Program-made: the position numbers and the translations under genes | Shown: positions 12,141 through 25,319 of the stretch, in pieces | Numbering within the stretch: the first letter of the stretch is position 1 | Layout: each line of letters opens with the position of its first letter | The notes under the pieces: generated by a model | Told to the model about the DNA's origin: nothing | What the model saw: only the letters and a program-made list of their open reading frames with translations | The model's database searches: none | Assembly: GCF_963921235.1 (NCBI RefSeq) | Contig: NC_086101.1 | Location: 5,768,001 to 5,832,000 of the forward strand | Source: Mobula hypostoma | Taxonomy: Eukaryota | DNA: 64,000 nucleotides | Direction: 5' to 3'

Positions 12141-14408
12141 ACCCCTTCTCCGGTCTTCAACCCTCGTCCTCTCCCTGGTCACCCCGCTCGGGTCTTCTGC
12201 CTTCTCTGGATTTTTACATTGCCAACTGCCGACGGGACATCAACCATCGCCACTTCACCACTCCTCTGTCCAATTCCAACCTCACTCCTTCCGAACGCTC
12301 TGCCCTCCACTCCCTCAGCACTAATCCGAACCTCTCCCTCAAACCCGCAGATAAATGGGGTGCTGTAGTAGTCTGGCGTACTGACCTCTACCGTTCAGAC
12401 CCAGTGACAATTCTCAGACATCTCCTACTTACTTACCCCTCGAACAGGACCCCGCTAAGAAGCACCAGGCCACTGTCTCCCACACCATCACCAACTTTAT
12501 TAGCTCTGGGGATCTCCCATCCACTGCCTGCAACCTCATAGTTCCCGCACCTCCCCTTCCTACCTCTTACCCAAGATCCACAAACCTGCCTATCCAGGTA
12601 GACCCATTTTGTCATCTTGTTCCTACCCCACTGAACTCATATCAGCACACCTCGACTCTGTTTTATCCCTCCTGGTCCAGTCCCTTCCTCCCTACAACAG
12701 TGGCACTTCACACACTCTGGATCTTTTCAATGATTTCAAATTCCCAGGCCCCAGTCATCTGATTTTCACTCTGGTTGTCCTGTACCTGTACACCTGCATA
12801 CACCACCAGGAAGGCCTCAAAGCTCTCTATTTCTTTCTGGACACCAAAACTACCCAGTTCTCCACCACCGCTCTCCTCTATCTGGCAGAACTTGTCCTCA
12901 CTCTCAGTAATGTCTCCTTTCACTCCTCCCACTTCCTTCAAACAAAATGTGTAGCCATGGGCACTCACAAGGGTCCCAGCTATGTCTGCCTTTTTATCAG
13001 CTACATGGAACAGTTTATGTTACTGGTGTCTGTCCCCCACTTTTCCTACGCTACATTGATGACTGCATTGGTGTTGCTTCCTGCACCGATTCTGAGTTCT
13101 TCGACTTCATCAACTTTGCCTTCAACGTCCACCCTGCCCTCAACTTTACCTGGCCCATTTCCAACACCTCCCTCCCCTTTCTCGGCCTCACTGTCTCTGT
13201 CTCTGGAGACAGCTTACTTACTGATGCCCGTTATAAACCCACGGACTCTCACAGCTACCTGGACAGTTCCTCTTCCCACCCTGTTACTTGTGAAAACGCC
13301 ATCTCTTCTCTCAGTTCCTTTGTTTCCACTGCATCTACTTTCAGGGAGAGGCTTTTCATTCCAGAATTAAGATGTCCTCCTTCAAAGAAAGGGGCATTCC
13401 TTCCTCCACCATCAAAGCTGCCCTCAACTGCATCGCTTCCATTTTGGGCATATCTGCTCTCACCCCATCCTCCTGCCACCCCACCAGAGAAAAGGCTCCT
13501 CTTGTCATCACCTGCCACCCCACCAGCTCCTGCGTCCAGCACATAATTCTCCATAACTTCCACCTTCTCCAACAGGATCCCACTGCCAAGCACATCTTTC
13601 CCTCCCCCTCACTTACTGCTTTCCACAGGGTTTTCCCCCTACATGACTCCCTTATCTATTCGCCCCTCCCCACTGATCTGCCTCTTGGCAAACAGAACAT
13701 GTGGTATACCTCCTCCCTCACTACTATTCAGGGCCCCAAACAGCCCTTTTAGGTGAGGTGACGCTTTACCTGTGACTCCTGGTGTGGCGTCTTGTACATC
13801 AGTGAGACCCGGTGTAGATTGGGAGACCGCTTCACTGAGCACCGATGCTCCATTTGCCAGAAAAAGCAGGATCTCCCAGTGGCCACCCATTTTAATTGCA
13901 CTTCCCATTCCCATTCCGACTTGTCAATCTATGGCCTTCTCTACTGTCATGATGAGGCCACACTCAGGTTGGAGGAGCAACACCTTATATTCTACTTGGG
14001 TATCCTCCAACCTGATGGCATGAACATCGATTTCTCACCCCCTTCTTCACCATTCCCCATTCCCTTTTCCCTCTCTTTCTTTATCTCCTTGCATGGCCAC
14101 TGCCTCCCTCTGATGCTCCTCCCCCTTCCCTTTTTTCCATGGCCTTCTGTCCTCTCCTATTGGATTTCCCCATCTCCAGCCCTGTATCTCTTTCACCAAT
14201 CAAATTCCCAGCTCTTTACTTCACCCCTCCCCCTTCCCAGTTTTACCTATCACCCTGTGTTTCTCCCTCCCTCCCCCAACTTTTAACCCTGACTCCTCAT
14301 CTGTTTCTCTCTGTTCTTGATGAAGGGTCTCAGCCCGAAACGTTGACTGTACTCTTTTCCTTAGATGCTGCCTGGCCTGCTGAATTCCTCCAGCATTTTG
14401 TGTGTGCT
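12140..14408 (+). mobile_element. Penelope-like element (RT, GIY-YIG, 3' end); mirrored at ~49,145-51,395
   Basis: LFLRYIDDCIG, YKPTDSHSYLD and YISETRCRLGDRFTEH...VATHFN. Confidence 0.88.
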
Positions 14409-14429
14409 GCAAAGGTAAACTTATGTTTT

Positions 14430-14950
14430 AAGAAATTAAACTTTATTGAAAATAAAATATCTGGAAGAGATTTAAACAGTTCAAATGATATTTGACATTC
14501 TTAATGTCATATTGTCAATACATTCAGTAGTGTTGACACTCTTTAAACCATTGTCATTCAGATGGCCTCGGGGATGTCATATGGTCAATACATTCATGTC
14601 AATACATTAATGTCATATGGTCAATAAATTCAGCAGTGTTGACACTGTTTAAACCATTGGCATTCAGATCGCCTCGGGGATGTTACAACATTTCAGAGTT
14701 CACGGGGCTTCTCCACCTGACCCAGGCCCTCCATGTGAGGTGGCAGAAGGAGTCTCGACTGTGGTCCTCTCCCAGAGACTTTGCACTGGCTGCGCCAATA
14801 TCCACTGTGTCCCTCAGCACGTCCTCCTGCAGCCTGGACTGTGCCTGTCGACAGCGTTCCCTTCGGGACATCTGGCTGTGCTGGGAGACCAACAGGTTTC
14901 GGGCAGAACAAAGAGCGTCTCTCACTGAGTTGATGATCTTCCAGCAGCAA
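14430..14950 (-). mobile_element. Tx1/L1-clade LINE 3' end; mirrored at ~47,975-48,390
   Basis: CWKIINSVRDALCSARNLLVSQ...RLQEDVLRD resembles a Tx1 ORF2 C-terminus, with AATAAA downstream. Confidence 0.6.
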
Positions 14951-15084
14951 TTCCCGGGCTGAATGACTCAATGGAGAACGTGGTGAGTCAGTGTGGGTGG
15001 AAGTGAGAAACAGGAAGGGAGCAAGGCCTCTGTTCGAAGCCAGAGAATTGGGAGGCCTTTATTGGGCTGTAGGTTTTCTATGTT

Positions 15085-15840
15085 TCTATTAAACACGCAG
15101 CAAATTCAGAAATCCAAGGTGGAGAGAGACTTGGGAATCCTGGTGCAGTATTATCCAAAGATCAACATGCAGTCTGAGTCAGTAGCCGGGAAGGCAAATG
15201 CAATGTTAGCATTAATTTTGAGGGGAGAAGAATGTAAAAGAAAAGATGTAATGCTGAGCCTTGGTAAGGCATTGGTCAGACACCATTTGGAGTATTGTGA
15301 ACAGTTTTGGCTCCTTGTATCAGAAGGGATGTGGTGACATTGGAGAGGGTCCAGAGGTAGTTCAGAAAAATAATCCTGGTAAACAACGAGTTAGGTAGAA
15401 GAAGCATTTGATGGTTCTGTGCCTGCATTTGCTGGAGTTTAGAAAAATAAGGAGTTATCTCATTGTGACCAATCAAATACTGGATGGCCTACAGAGAGTG
15501 GAGTTGGAGAGGATGTCTCCAACAGTGGGAGAGTCTAGGACCAAGGGGCACAGACCCATAATACAAATACATCCCTTTTGTACAGCGGTGAAAGGGAATT
15601 TCTTTAGCCAGAAGATTGTGAAACTGGAATTCATTGTCACAGAGAGATGTGGGGGACAAGTCATTGAGTATATTTAAAGTTGAAGTTGATGGGTTCTTGA
15701 TTAGTAAGAGCGTCAAATTGTCGGGAGAAGGCAGGAGAATAGGATTGAGAGGGTAAATAAGTGAGCCATGATGGATTGACAGCGTAGACTTGATGGACCG
15801 AATGGTGTGATTCTGCTCCTATGCTCTATGGTTTTCTGGT
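15085..15840 (+). mobile_element. Old CR1 3' fragment; mirrored at ~47,100-47,830
   Basis: ERDLGILV, KALVRHHLEYCEQFW and NFFSQKIV, plus a CR1 3'UTR. Confidence 0.8.
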
Positions 15841-17250
15841 CACACTCAGTTTGGTCCTGTCTCTCAGAAATTTTCCCATCACAGATGTTAGGCTCAGCGG
15901 CCTGGAGTTCCCTGGATCGACCTTCCAGCCGTTCTCAAGTTGTGCCCTTGAGCCATCTGCCAGTCGTCCGGCCCCTCACCTGTGGCTAAGTATGAAGTAA
16001 ATTTCTCTGCCAAGGTCCCCGCAATTCTGAACTGGTCCTCATGTCTTCGCATGCCCTTGATCAGACTCCGGAGATTTGTCCATCTTAATTGACATTAAGA
16101 TCATCAGCACCTACTCTCTTGTAATGTGAGACTTTCCAAGATATTAATGTTCATTTTCCTTCATTCCGTGGATTCCATGATGGTTTCCCTGGGAAATAGA
16201 GATGGGAATTATTGATTTCAGACCATTCCCCTCCCGAGCTGTTCCACCTGTTGATAACCACATCAGTGCTTAAGGAAATCTGTTCTCTCACTAATTACTC
16301 TTTAAATCTCAATGTGCCTGTAGCACCTCATGAATGTCGTTCAAATTATCTGACAGAGCTGTCACGTGTTCTCCTCCTATCCTCTTGATTCCTCTCTTCA
16401 CTGTACTCCTCCCTCTGTCTGATACTCCTCGGGCCAGAGAGCAGTGACCGGGGGTTTCTCACAGAGAGTTGAATCCACCCTTGTTTAATATTTGTGGTCA
16501 GAGCCTTCACAATGTATTTTCCCAGTTCCCTCAGTAACCTGGTCCCACTGTGTCTGTGCTGACCATGAGACCAAATTTAACTAACCCCACCTTTCTGCAT
16601 ATACTCCATATCTCGCACACCCGGCTTCCCTTTTCCTGCATCCTCACGGGCAGCCACAAAATAAAGAAACCCAATAGAACCCAAAAGAAAGAAGACCATC
16701 AAACAACCAATGCACAGAAACATACTCGGTACTCCAATGACAAAAGGAAGCTGATAGAGGAACTCAGCAGGTCGGGTGGCATCTCTACAGGAAAAGTGAT
16801 AGTCGACGTTTCAGACTGAGATTCTGCATCAAAGCCCTGTCTCTGCTGCCTCTTGTGTCTCCACAACACCCCAAATGTGACCTCACCAAAGCCTCAAGCA
16901 AGAGAAGATCAGATCTTCGTCAGGACTGGAGAAAAAAAGACGAGAAGTCAGAGGAAGAAGGTGAGGGGAGGGAAAGAAGAAATACAAGGTTGTAGGTGAT
17001 CGGTGAAACCGGGAGAGGGGGAGTTGTGAATAAAGAGCTGGGAAAGAGACTGGTGAAATTGATAAAGGGCTGGAGAAGGGGGAATCTGATAGGAGAGGAC
17101 AGAAGGCCATGGAAGAAAGGGGAGGTGGGAGAGCACCAGAGGGAGATGGTGGGCAGGAAAGGAAAGAAGGTGAGAGTGTGAAATGGGAATGGGGAATAGT
17201 GAGGGTGTAGCCATTAGCAGAAGTTCAAGAAATCCATGTTCATGCCATCA

Positions 17251-20200
17251 TCGATATATCGTTTTGGATACTGTTGAAGAGGCAGACCTGACAGAGGAGG
17301 ACCACAGTGAAGGAGACTCTGGCATTCTGCCCAGCGCCGAAATCAAGAGAGCAAGAAGAAATGCAGTAGTTACAGGGGATTCCATCGTAAGGGGGACGGA
17401 CAAGAGATTCTGCGAGCCAGACAAGGTTACCTGGACGGTGTGTTGCCTCCCTGGTGCCAAGGTACAGGACGTCTCAGATCGAGTCCAGAGTGTTCTGAGG
17501 AGAGAGGGCAAGCAGCCGGAAGTCTTGGTACATGTTGGTACCAATGACAAAGACAGAAAAAGAGAGGAGGTCCTGAAGAAAGATTACTGGGAGCAAGGAA
17601 GAAAATTGAAAAGCCGGACCTCCAGAGTAATAATATCAGGATTGCTGCCTGAGCTGCATGCTAATGATGGTAAGAATAGCAAAATTAAGCAGATGAACGT
17701 GTGGTTAAGTAACTGGTGCAGGGGGCAGGGCTTCAAATTCTTGAATCTTTGGGATCTATTTTGGGGAAGGTATGATTTATACAAAAAAGATGGATTACAC
17801 CTGAACTCAAAAGGTACTAATATCCTAGCGGGATTGTTTAATATTGCTGTTAGGGAGAGTTTAAACTAAGTTGGCAAGGGGAAGGAAACCAAGGTGTTAG
17901 GGTCGAAGAAGAGGAAAATAGAAATAAGTCAAAAATACTGTGTAGCAAATATGGTAAGAAGGACAGGCCGGTGAATATACAGGATAATTTGCTGCAAAAT
18001 AGAAATATAGCACAAGTGGCAACAGGTAACGATCTAAATGTACTGTACTTAAATGCACGCAGCATTAGAAATAAAGTGGATGACCTTGCTGCACAGCTGC
18101 AGGTTAAAAGCTATGACATTGTGACCATCACCGAGTCATGGCTAAATGATGGATGTGATTGGGAGCTGAATATCCCAGGATACACAGTGTACAGGAAGGA
18201 TAGGAAGGTAGGTAAAGGGGGTGGCGTGGCCCTGATGGTAAGTAACGATATCAAATCAACAGAAAGAAGGGACATAGGATCAGAAGAGGTAGAATCCTTA
18301 TGGGTAGAATTAAGAAATGGCAAGGGTGAAAAGACACAAAAAGCAGTTATATACAGGCCTCCAAACAGCAGCCGGGATGTGGACTACAAGTTGCAGCTGG
18401 AAATAGAAAAAGCGTGTCAGAAGGAAAATGTCAAGATAATTATGGGGGATTTTAATATGAAAGTGGATTGGGAAAGTCGGGAAGGTAATGGATCTCAGGA
18501 GAGGGAGTTTGTAGAATGCCTACAGGATGGCTTTTTGGAGCAGCTTGTCCAGAAGCCCACCAAGGGATCAGCTGTTTTGGATTGGGTGCTGTGTAACGAA
18601 CCTGAGGCAATTAGGGAGCTGGAGGTAAAGGAACCCCTTGGAAGTAGTGATCATAATATGATTGAGTTCAGTTTCAAATTTGAAAAGGAGAAGCTGGTAT
18701 CAGGTGTATCGATATTTCAGTGGAACAGGGGAAATTACAGTGGTATGAGAGAGGAACTGGCCCAAGTCGATTGGAAAACTAAGCTAAATGGAGGGACGGC
18801 AGAGCAGAATTGGATGAAATTCCTACAAGAAATAAGGAAAATGCAGGAAAAATATATTCCAAGAAAAAAGAAAATCATGAATAGAAAAATGGCACAAATG
18901 TGGCTAACGAGAGAGGTTAAGGCAAAAATAAAAGCAAAAGAAACGGCGTACAAGGAAGCAAAAATTAGTGGGAAAAATGAGGACTGGAAGACTTTTAAAA
19001 ACTTACAGAAGGAAAGTAAGAAAGTCATTAGGAAAGAAAAGCTGAATTATGAAAGGAAGTTGGTGATTAACATAAAAAAGGATACTAAGCTCATGATAAA
19101 ATGGATCAGCTCATGATAAAATGGCGGAGCGGACTCAATGGACGAATGGCCTACTTCAGGTCCTTTGTCTTATGGCCTTACGGTCTAAGAGTTTTTTAAA
19201 ATATATGAAGAGTAAAAGAGTGACAAGGGTAGATAGGCGACCGATTGAAAATGATGCTGGAGAAATTATAATGGATAACAAAGAGATGGCGGAGGAACTG
19301 AATGAGTATTTTGCATCAGTCTTCACAGTGGAAGACATGAGCAATATACCTGATAGCCAGAGGTATCAGGGAATAGAATTAGGTACAGTCAAGATTACTA
19401 GAGAGAAAGTGCTTGGGAAGCTAAGTGGACTAAGAATAGATAGGTCATCCAGTCCGGATGAGGTGCACCCAAGGGTTCTGAAGGAGGTGGCTTTGGAGAT
19501 TGTGGAAGCATTGGAAATGATCTTCCAGGAATCAATAGACTCTGGCATGGTTCCGGAGGACTGGAAGGTCGCAAATGTAGTTCTGCTATTTAAGAAAGGA
19601 AGGAGGCAGCAAAAAGAAAATTACAGACCTATTAGTCTGACATCGGTAGTTGGAAAGATATTGGAGTCAATCCTCAAGGATGAGGTTATGAAATACCTGG
19701 AGGTGCATGACAAGATAGGCCAAAGCCAGCATGGTTTCGTGAAGGTAAGATTCTGCCTCATCAACCTATTGGAATTTTTTGAGGTAATCTCGAATAAGAT
19801 TGACAAGGGAGAGGCTGTGGATGTCGTGTATTTGGATTTTCAAAAGGTCTTCGATAAGGTGCCGCATATGAGGCTGCTTAATAAGATGAGAGCCCATGGA
19901 ATTACAGGAAAGATATTGAAATGGGGGGAGCATTGGCTGATAGACAGAAATCAAAAGGTGGGAATAAAGGGGTCCTATTCTGATTGGTTGCCGGTTACTA
20001 GTGGTGTTCCGCAGGGGTTGGTGTTGGGGCCGCTTCTTTTTACGATGTATATTGATGATTTAGATTATGGATTAAATGGTTTTGTGGCTAAATTTGCAGA
20101 TGACACCAAGATAGGTGGAGGAGCAGGAAATGTTGAAGAAACGGAAAGGTTGCAGAGAGATTTAGTCAGTTTAGGAGAGTGGGCCAAGAAATCGCAGATG

Positions 20201-21025
20201 AGATACAACGTTGACAAATGTACGGTTGTACATTTTGGAAGAAGAAATAATTGGGCAGATTATTATTTAGATGGGGAGAAAATTCAAAAATCGGAAGTGC
20301 AAAGGGACTTGGGGGTCCTCGTGCAGGATACCCTAAAGGTTAACCACCAAGTTGGATTGGCGGTAAGGATAGCGAATGCTGGGTTGGCATTCATTTCCAG
20401 AGGAATAGTGTATAAGAGTAAGGAGGTGTTGATGAGGCTCTATGGGGCATTAGTGAGGCCTCATTTGGAATACTGTGTGCAGTTTTGGGCCCCCTATCTT
20501 AGAAAGGATGTACTGATGTTGGAGAGAGTTCAGAGAAGATTTACGAGGATGATTCCTGGAATGCAGGGGCTAACGTATGAGGAGTGTTTGTCTGCTCTTG
20601 GACTGTATTCATTATAGTATAGAAGAATGAGAGGGGATCTCATAAAAAAATTTCGAATGTTGAAAGGGTTGGACAGAGTAGATGTGGAAAGGTTGTTTCC
20701 CTTGGTGGGTGAGTCCAGGACAAGAGGCCATAGTCTTAGAATTAGAGGGTACCCAGTTAAAACAGAGATGAGGAGAAATTTTTTTAGCCAGAGGAAAGTG
20801 GATTTGTGGAATTCATTGCAACATACAGCTGTGGAGGCCCGATCATTGAGAGTGTTTAAGGAGGAGATTGACAGGTATCTAATTAGTCAGGGTGTCGAAG
20901 GATATGGGGAAAAAGCCGGAAATTGGAACTAGATGGGTGAAAAGTTTAGCTCATGGGGGAGCTGCGGAGCAGACTCGATAGGGCCGAATGGCCTACTTCT
21001 GCTCCTTTGTCTTGTGATCTTGTGT
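17251..21025 (+). mobile_element. Near full-length CR1 (ORF1 esterase, APE endonuclease, RT, 3'UTR), left arm only
   Basis: VTGDSIVRG, YLNARSIRNK...ITESWL...GDFN...SDH and FADDTKIGG. tca is duplicated at the junctions. Confidence 0.95.
19090..19184 (+). mobile_element. ~95-bp CR1 3'UTR-only insertion inside CR1 ORF2
   Basis: Reads aatggcggagcggactcaatggacgaatggcctac...cttatgg, with TSD ctaag at 19,085-19,089 and 19,185-19,189. Confidence 0.8.
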
Positions 21026-22574
21026 TCAGGTTGGAAGGTACCCAGATGAAATATAGGGTGTTGTTCCTCCAACCTGACTATGGTCTCATTGCGGTTGGAG
21101 AGGAGGACATGGGACTGACATGTCGGAATGGGAATGTGAAGTAGAATTTAAACTGGATGGCCACCAGGATATCCGGCTTTTCCTGGCGGATGGGGCTAAG
21201 GTGCTTGACGAAGCGGACTCACAATCTAAGTCCGGTCTTCCCAATACACAGGAGGCCACACCAGGAGCACCAGCTACAGTAGATGACCCCAACAGACTCA
21301 CAGGTGAAGTGTTGCTTCACCTGGAAGGACTGTTTAAGGTCCAAATAGTAGTGAGGGAGGAGGTGTAGCACTTGTTCCACTTGCAAGGATCAGTGCCAGG
21401 AGGGAGAGCAGTGGGGAGGGACGAATGGACAAAGGAGTTGCAGAGGGAGCGATCCCCGTGGAGAGTGGGAGGGAAATATGATGGGATCCCATTGAAGATG
21501 GCTGATGTTATGAAGAATTATGTAATTATGTGCTGGACACAGATCCTGGTGGGGTATGTGAGGACAAGAAAAGCCCAGGTAGCAGGAGGATGGGATGAGG
21601 GCAAGCATGCACAAAATGGAAGAGATGAGACTGAGGGCAGCATTGATGGTGGAGGAAGGGAAGGCCCTTTCTATGAAGAAGGAAGATATGTCCCCAGTTC
21701 TGGAATGAAAAGCCTCATCCTGAGAGCAGATGAGATGGAGACAGGAATTGAGAGAAGGGGATGACAATTTTACGGGTATTACGGTGGGAAGAGGTATAGT
21801 CCAGGTAGTTGTGAAAGTACGTGGGTTTATAAAATATATCAGTAGCTAAGCTGTCTCCAGAGACACAGATAGTGAGATCGAGAAAGGGGAGAGAGGTGTT
21901 GGAAATGGACCTGGTAAATTTGAGGGCAGGGTGGAGGTTGAATGCAAAGTTGATGAAATCAACAAGCTTAACATAGGTGTAGGAAGCAGCACCAATGCAG
22001 TCATCGATGTAGTGTCAGAAAAGTGGGGGAGTCACACCAGTGTAGCCTGGGAACATAAACGACAAAAGCTAGGACCCATGCGAGCGCACATGGTTACACC
22101 TTTTGTTTGAAGGAAGTAGGAGGAGCAGAACGAGAAATTATTGAGAGCGAGGACCAGTTCTGCCAGACGCAGGAAGTGGAGGGGAAGTAGTTGGATCTGG
22201 TGTCCAAAAATAAATGGAAAGTTTTGAATCTTTCCAGTTGGGAGATGAAGGTGATTTGGAACTGGACATCCATAGTGAAAATAAGATGATTGTGGCCAGG
22301 GAACCTGAAATCACTGAAAAGACCAAGAGCGTGTGAGGTGTCACGGATGTACAGTGGTATGCAAAAGTTTGGGCATCCTGTTCAAAATTTCTGTCACTGT
22401 GAATAGCTAAGCGAATAAAAGATAACCGATTTTCAAAAGGCATAAAGTTAAAGATGACAGATTTCTTTAATATTTGAAGCAAGAAAACTTTTCAATTTCC
22501 ATCTTTTACAGTTTCAAAATAACAAAAAAGGAAAAGGGCCCGAAGCAAAAGTTTGGGCACCCTGCATGGAAGTA

Positions 22575-24190
22575 CAGGTCCACAATCCCTTATCCGAAAT
22601 CCATGGGGCCAGTTGCATTTCAGGACTCAGAATTTATCGGATTTCAGACCCCCTCCCCCATACCAAAAAACACGTATGCTCAAGTCCCTTATTTAACCTG
22701 TTTCAGTGCGGTGGACTTTAAGATCCAGCGGTGCACCAAACCTACACACATCCTCCCGAATACTTTAAATCAGCAGTCCCCATCCACCGGGCCGTGGACC
22801 GGTACCGGGCCGCAGAGCATGTGCTACCGGGCCGCGAGGAAACGATATGAGTCGGCTGAACCTTTCCTCATTCCCTGTCACGTACTGTTGAACTTGAACA
22901 TAGGGTTGCCAACTGTCCCGTATTTGCCAGGACATCCCATATATTGGGCTAAATTGGTTTGTCCCATACAGGACCGCCCTTGTCCCGTATTTCCCCCGCC
23001 AAGGTAGAGTGTTCCTATGAAACCTTTCGTGCTGAAATGGCGTAAAGCGAAGAAGCAATTACCATTAATTTATATGGGAAAACTTCGTCAGCGTTCCCAG
23101 ACCCAGAAAATAACCTACCAAATCATACCAAGTAACACATAAAACCAAAAATAACACTAACATATAGTGAAAGCAGGAATGATAGGATAAATACACAGCC
23201 TATATAAAGTAGAAATAATGTATGTACAGTATAGTCGGGAAGATTAAGGCAAAACCGATGTGTGGGAAAAAAATCGACAATCAACACGTACGCACATGTC
23301 ACGCATGCGCACACAGTTGCCTGCGCAAGGTTTCATGCTCATGGTAGTCTATCATGGGGTAAAGTGTTCTTGGATTTGTCTGCTACTTTTGTCCCATATT
23401 TGGAAGTGAGAAACTTGGCAACCCTAACCGTAAAAGACATGTTGAGGTGAGTTTAACCCTACTTGAATACCGCCCCCCCGCCCGGTTGGCAGGTCCGCAA
23501 GAATATTGTCAATATTAAACCGGTCCGCCGTGCAAAAAGGGTTGGAGTCCCCTGCATTAAATCATCTCTAGATTACTTATAATACCTAATACAATGTAAA
23601 TGCTATGTAAATAATTGGTGTACTGTATTGTTTAGGGAATAATGACAAGAAATTTTACTTCCAACAAAAACATTCAATAAAACATAAAAATATACAGCTT
23701 CAAATGAACCGAATCAAACACATGGTAAATGACTTATTAGAATAAAGGTAGAACGTCACTGCCACTATAAAACTTCAGTAACTTGTCTTTCTGTTTATTT
23801 AAATCATATACAGTGGTAGTTCCGACACTATTTTCTTCAGTAAGACGTCACACAGACACACTACGATCAAGCTTCTGCAATGACTCCACTTGCTGCGTTA
23901 TTGATAGAGAAGATTCCTTCTCTTTTTCTCATTGTTACCCGCAGGAGTATCTGCACCTATTTTTGACATTTTCATAGTGAAATTAAACACAAGATCAACA
24001 GTGAACACAAAATATCAGCGAACAGCAAAGACACATGTAACCAGGACGAGCGCTAAGCCACAACTGACGTCTGGCGGCCTCTGCTAGTGCTGCCACGTCA
24101 CACGTGAGTGACGTCGGCTTTTGGCAAAAAAAACTTCGGAGTTTGGAGCTTTTTGGATTTCAGTATTTCGGATAAAGGAATGTGCACCTC
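22575..24190. mobile_element. Tigger/pogo-type non-autonomous element nested in Tc1
   Basis: ~25-bp TIRs caggtccacaatcccttatccgaaa / tttcggataaaggaatgtgcacctc with TA on both sides. Internal tctagattacttataatacctaatacaatgtaaatgc resembles Tigger3/MER2. Confidence 0.8.
22771..23554. mobile_element. hAT (Charlie/MER1-like) non-autonomous element nested in Tigger
   Basis: Ends cagcagtcccc / ggagtcccctg, with an 8-bp TSD ctttaaat / cattaaat. Confidence 0.8.
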
Positions 24191-25319
24191 TACTTAGTAA
24201 CACCCCATTTGGCAAGTATCACAGCTTGTAAACGCTTTTTGTAGCCACCTAAGAGTCCTTCACTTCTTGTTTGGAGGATTTTCGCCCATTCTTCCTTGCA
24301 AAAGGCTTCTAGTTCTGTGAGATTCTTGGGCCATCTTGCATGCACTGATCTTTTGAGGTCTATCCACAGATTCTCGATGATCTTTAGGTCAGGGGACTGT
24401 GAGGGCCATGGCAAAACCTTCAACTTGCGCCTCTTGAGGTAGTCCATTGTGGATTTTGAGGTGTGTTTAAGTTCATTATCGTGTTGTAGAAGCCATCCTC
24501 TTTTCATCTTTGGCTTTTTTACAGTGTGATGTTTGCTTCCAGAATTTGCTGGTATTTAATTGAATTCATTCTTCCCTCTACCAGTAAATGTTCTCCGTGC
24601 CATTGTCTGCAACACAAGCCAAAAGCATGATTGATCCATCCCCGTGCTGAACATTTGGAGAGGGGTTCTTTTCATGTAATTCTGCACCCTTTTTTCTCCA
24701 AACTTTGCTCATTGCGGCCGAAAAGTTCTATTCAAAAGGTTCAAAGGAACATCTAAATCAGCCGGATGCATTTTGGAAACAAGTCCTGTGGACTGATGAA
24801 GTTAAAATACAACTTCTTTTTGAGTGAAGAGCATCCTGATGTCTGCATCTTCACTGTCCAGATGTTCCATAGCTGAGTGAAGAGCCAGTGAAATGGCATC
24901 TGCTGTGGATTTGTTACAACAGTAGGCAAGCTGGACAGCAGTCGCTGCTCGGGCAGGAGTTGAGGTAGTTCAACCTCTCAAAGCATTTCATCACAGTGGA
25001 TGTAAGTGCAACTGGACAATAGCAGGTCAGGCAGCACCAGTGGAGGGGAGTAACCAGTCGATGTTTCGGGGCGAGACTCCATCAACTGGAAAGGAGGAAG
25101 AAGCCAGAATAAGGTGGGGGGGGGGGGAGTACAAGCTGCAGATGATAGGTGAGGCAAGGTGAGACAAGGTGAGAGGAAAGGTGTGTGTGTGTGCGGGAGA
25201 GCGGAGGGAGTGAATTATGAAGCTGGAGGTGATAATTGGAGGAGTTAAAGGGCTGAGGAATGAGTATGACAGGAGTGGACAGAGGACTAGAGCAGAAAGG
25301 GAAGGAGGTGACTGACAGT

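Larger units (their letters stand above)
16920..22349 (-). mobile_element. Penelope-like element split by a CR1 (17,251-21,025) and truncated by Tc1; uninterrupted copy at ~44,369-46,040
   Basis: The host sequence rejoins across the CR1 as catgccatca|ggttgg, matching the right arm near 45,700. HLICSQDEAFHSRT motif. Confidence 0.85.
1590..23313. repeat. Left arm of a large inverted segmental duplication
   Basis: Collinear reverse-complement match to 43,439-64,000, e.g. 1,592<->64,000, 5,520<->62,401, 7,657<->54,944, 22,352<->44,366, 23,313<->43,439. Confidence 0.97.
22352..24820 (-). mobile_element. Tc1/mariner DNA transposon remnant (IR/DR-type end plus DDE transposase fragment)
   Basis: TA|cagtggtatgcaaaagtttgggca end, with an inner direct repeat near 22,545. 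Transposase motifs LQHDN...WPSQSPDLKIIENLW and WTDE. Confidence 0.9.
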
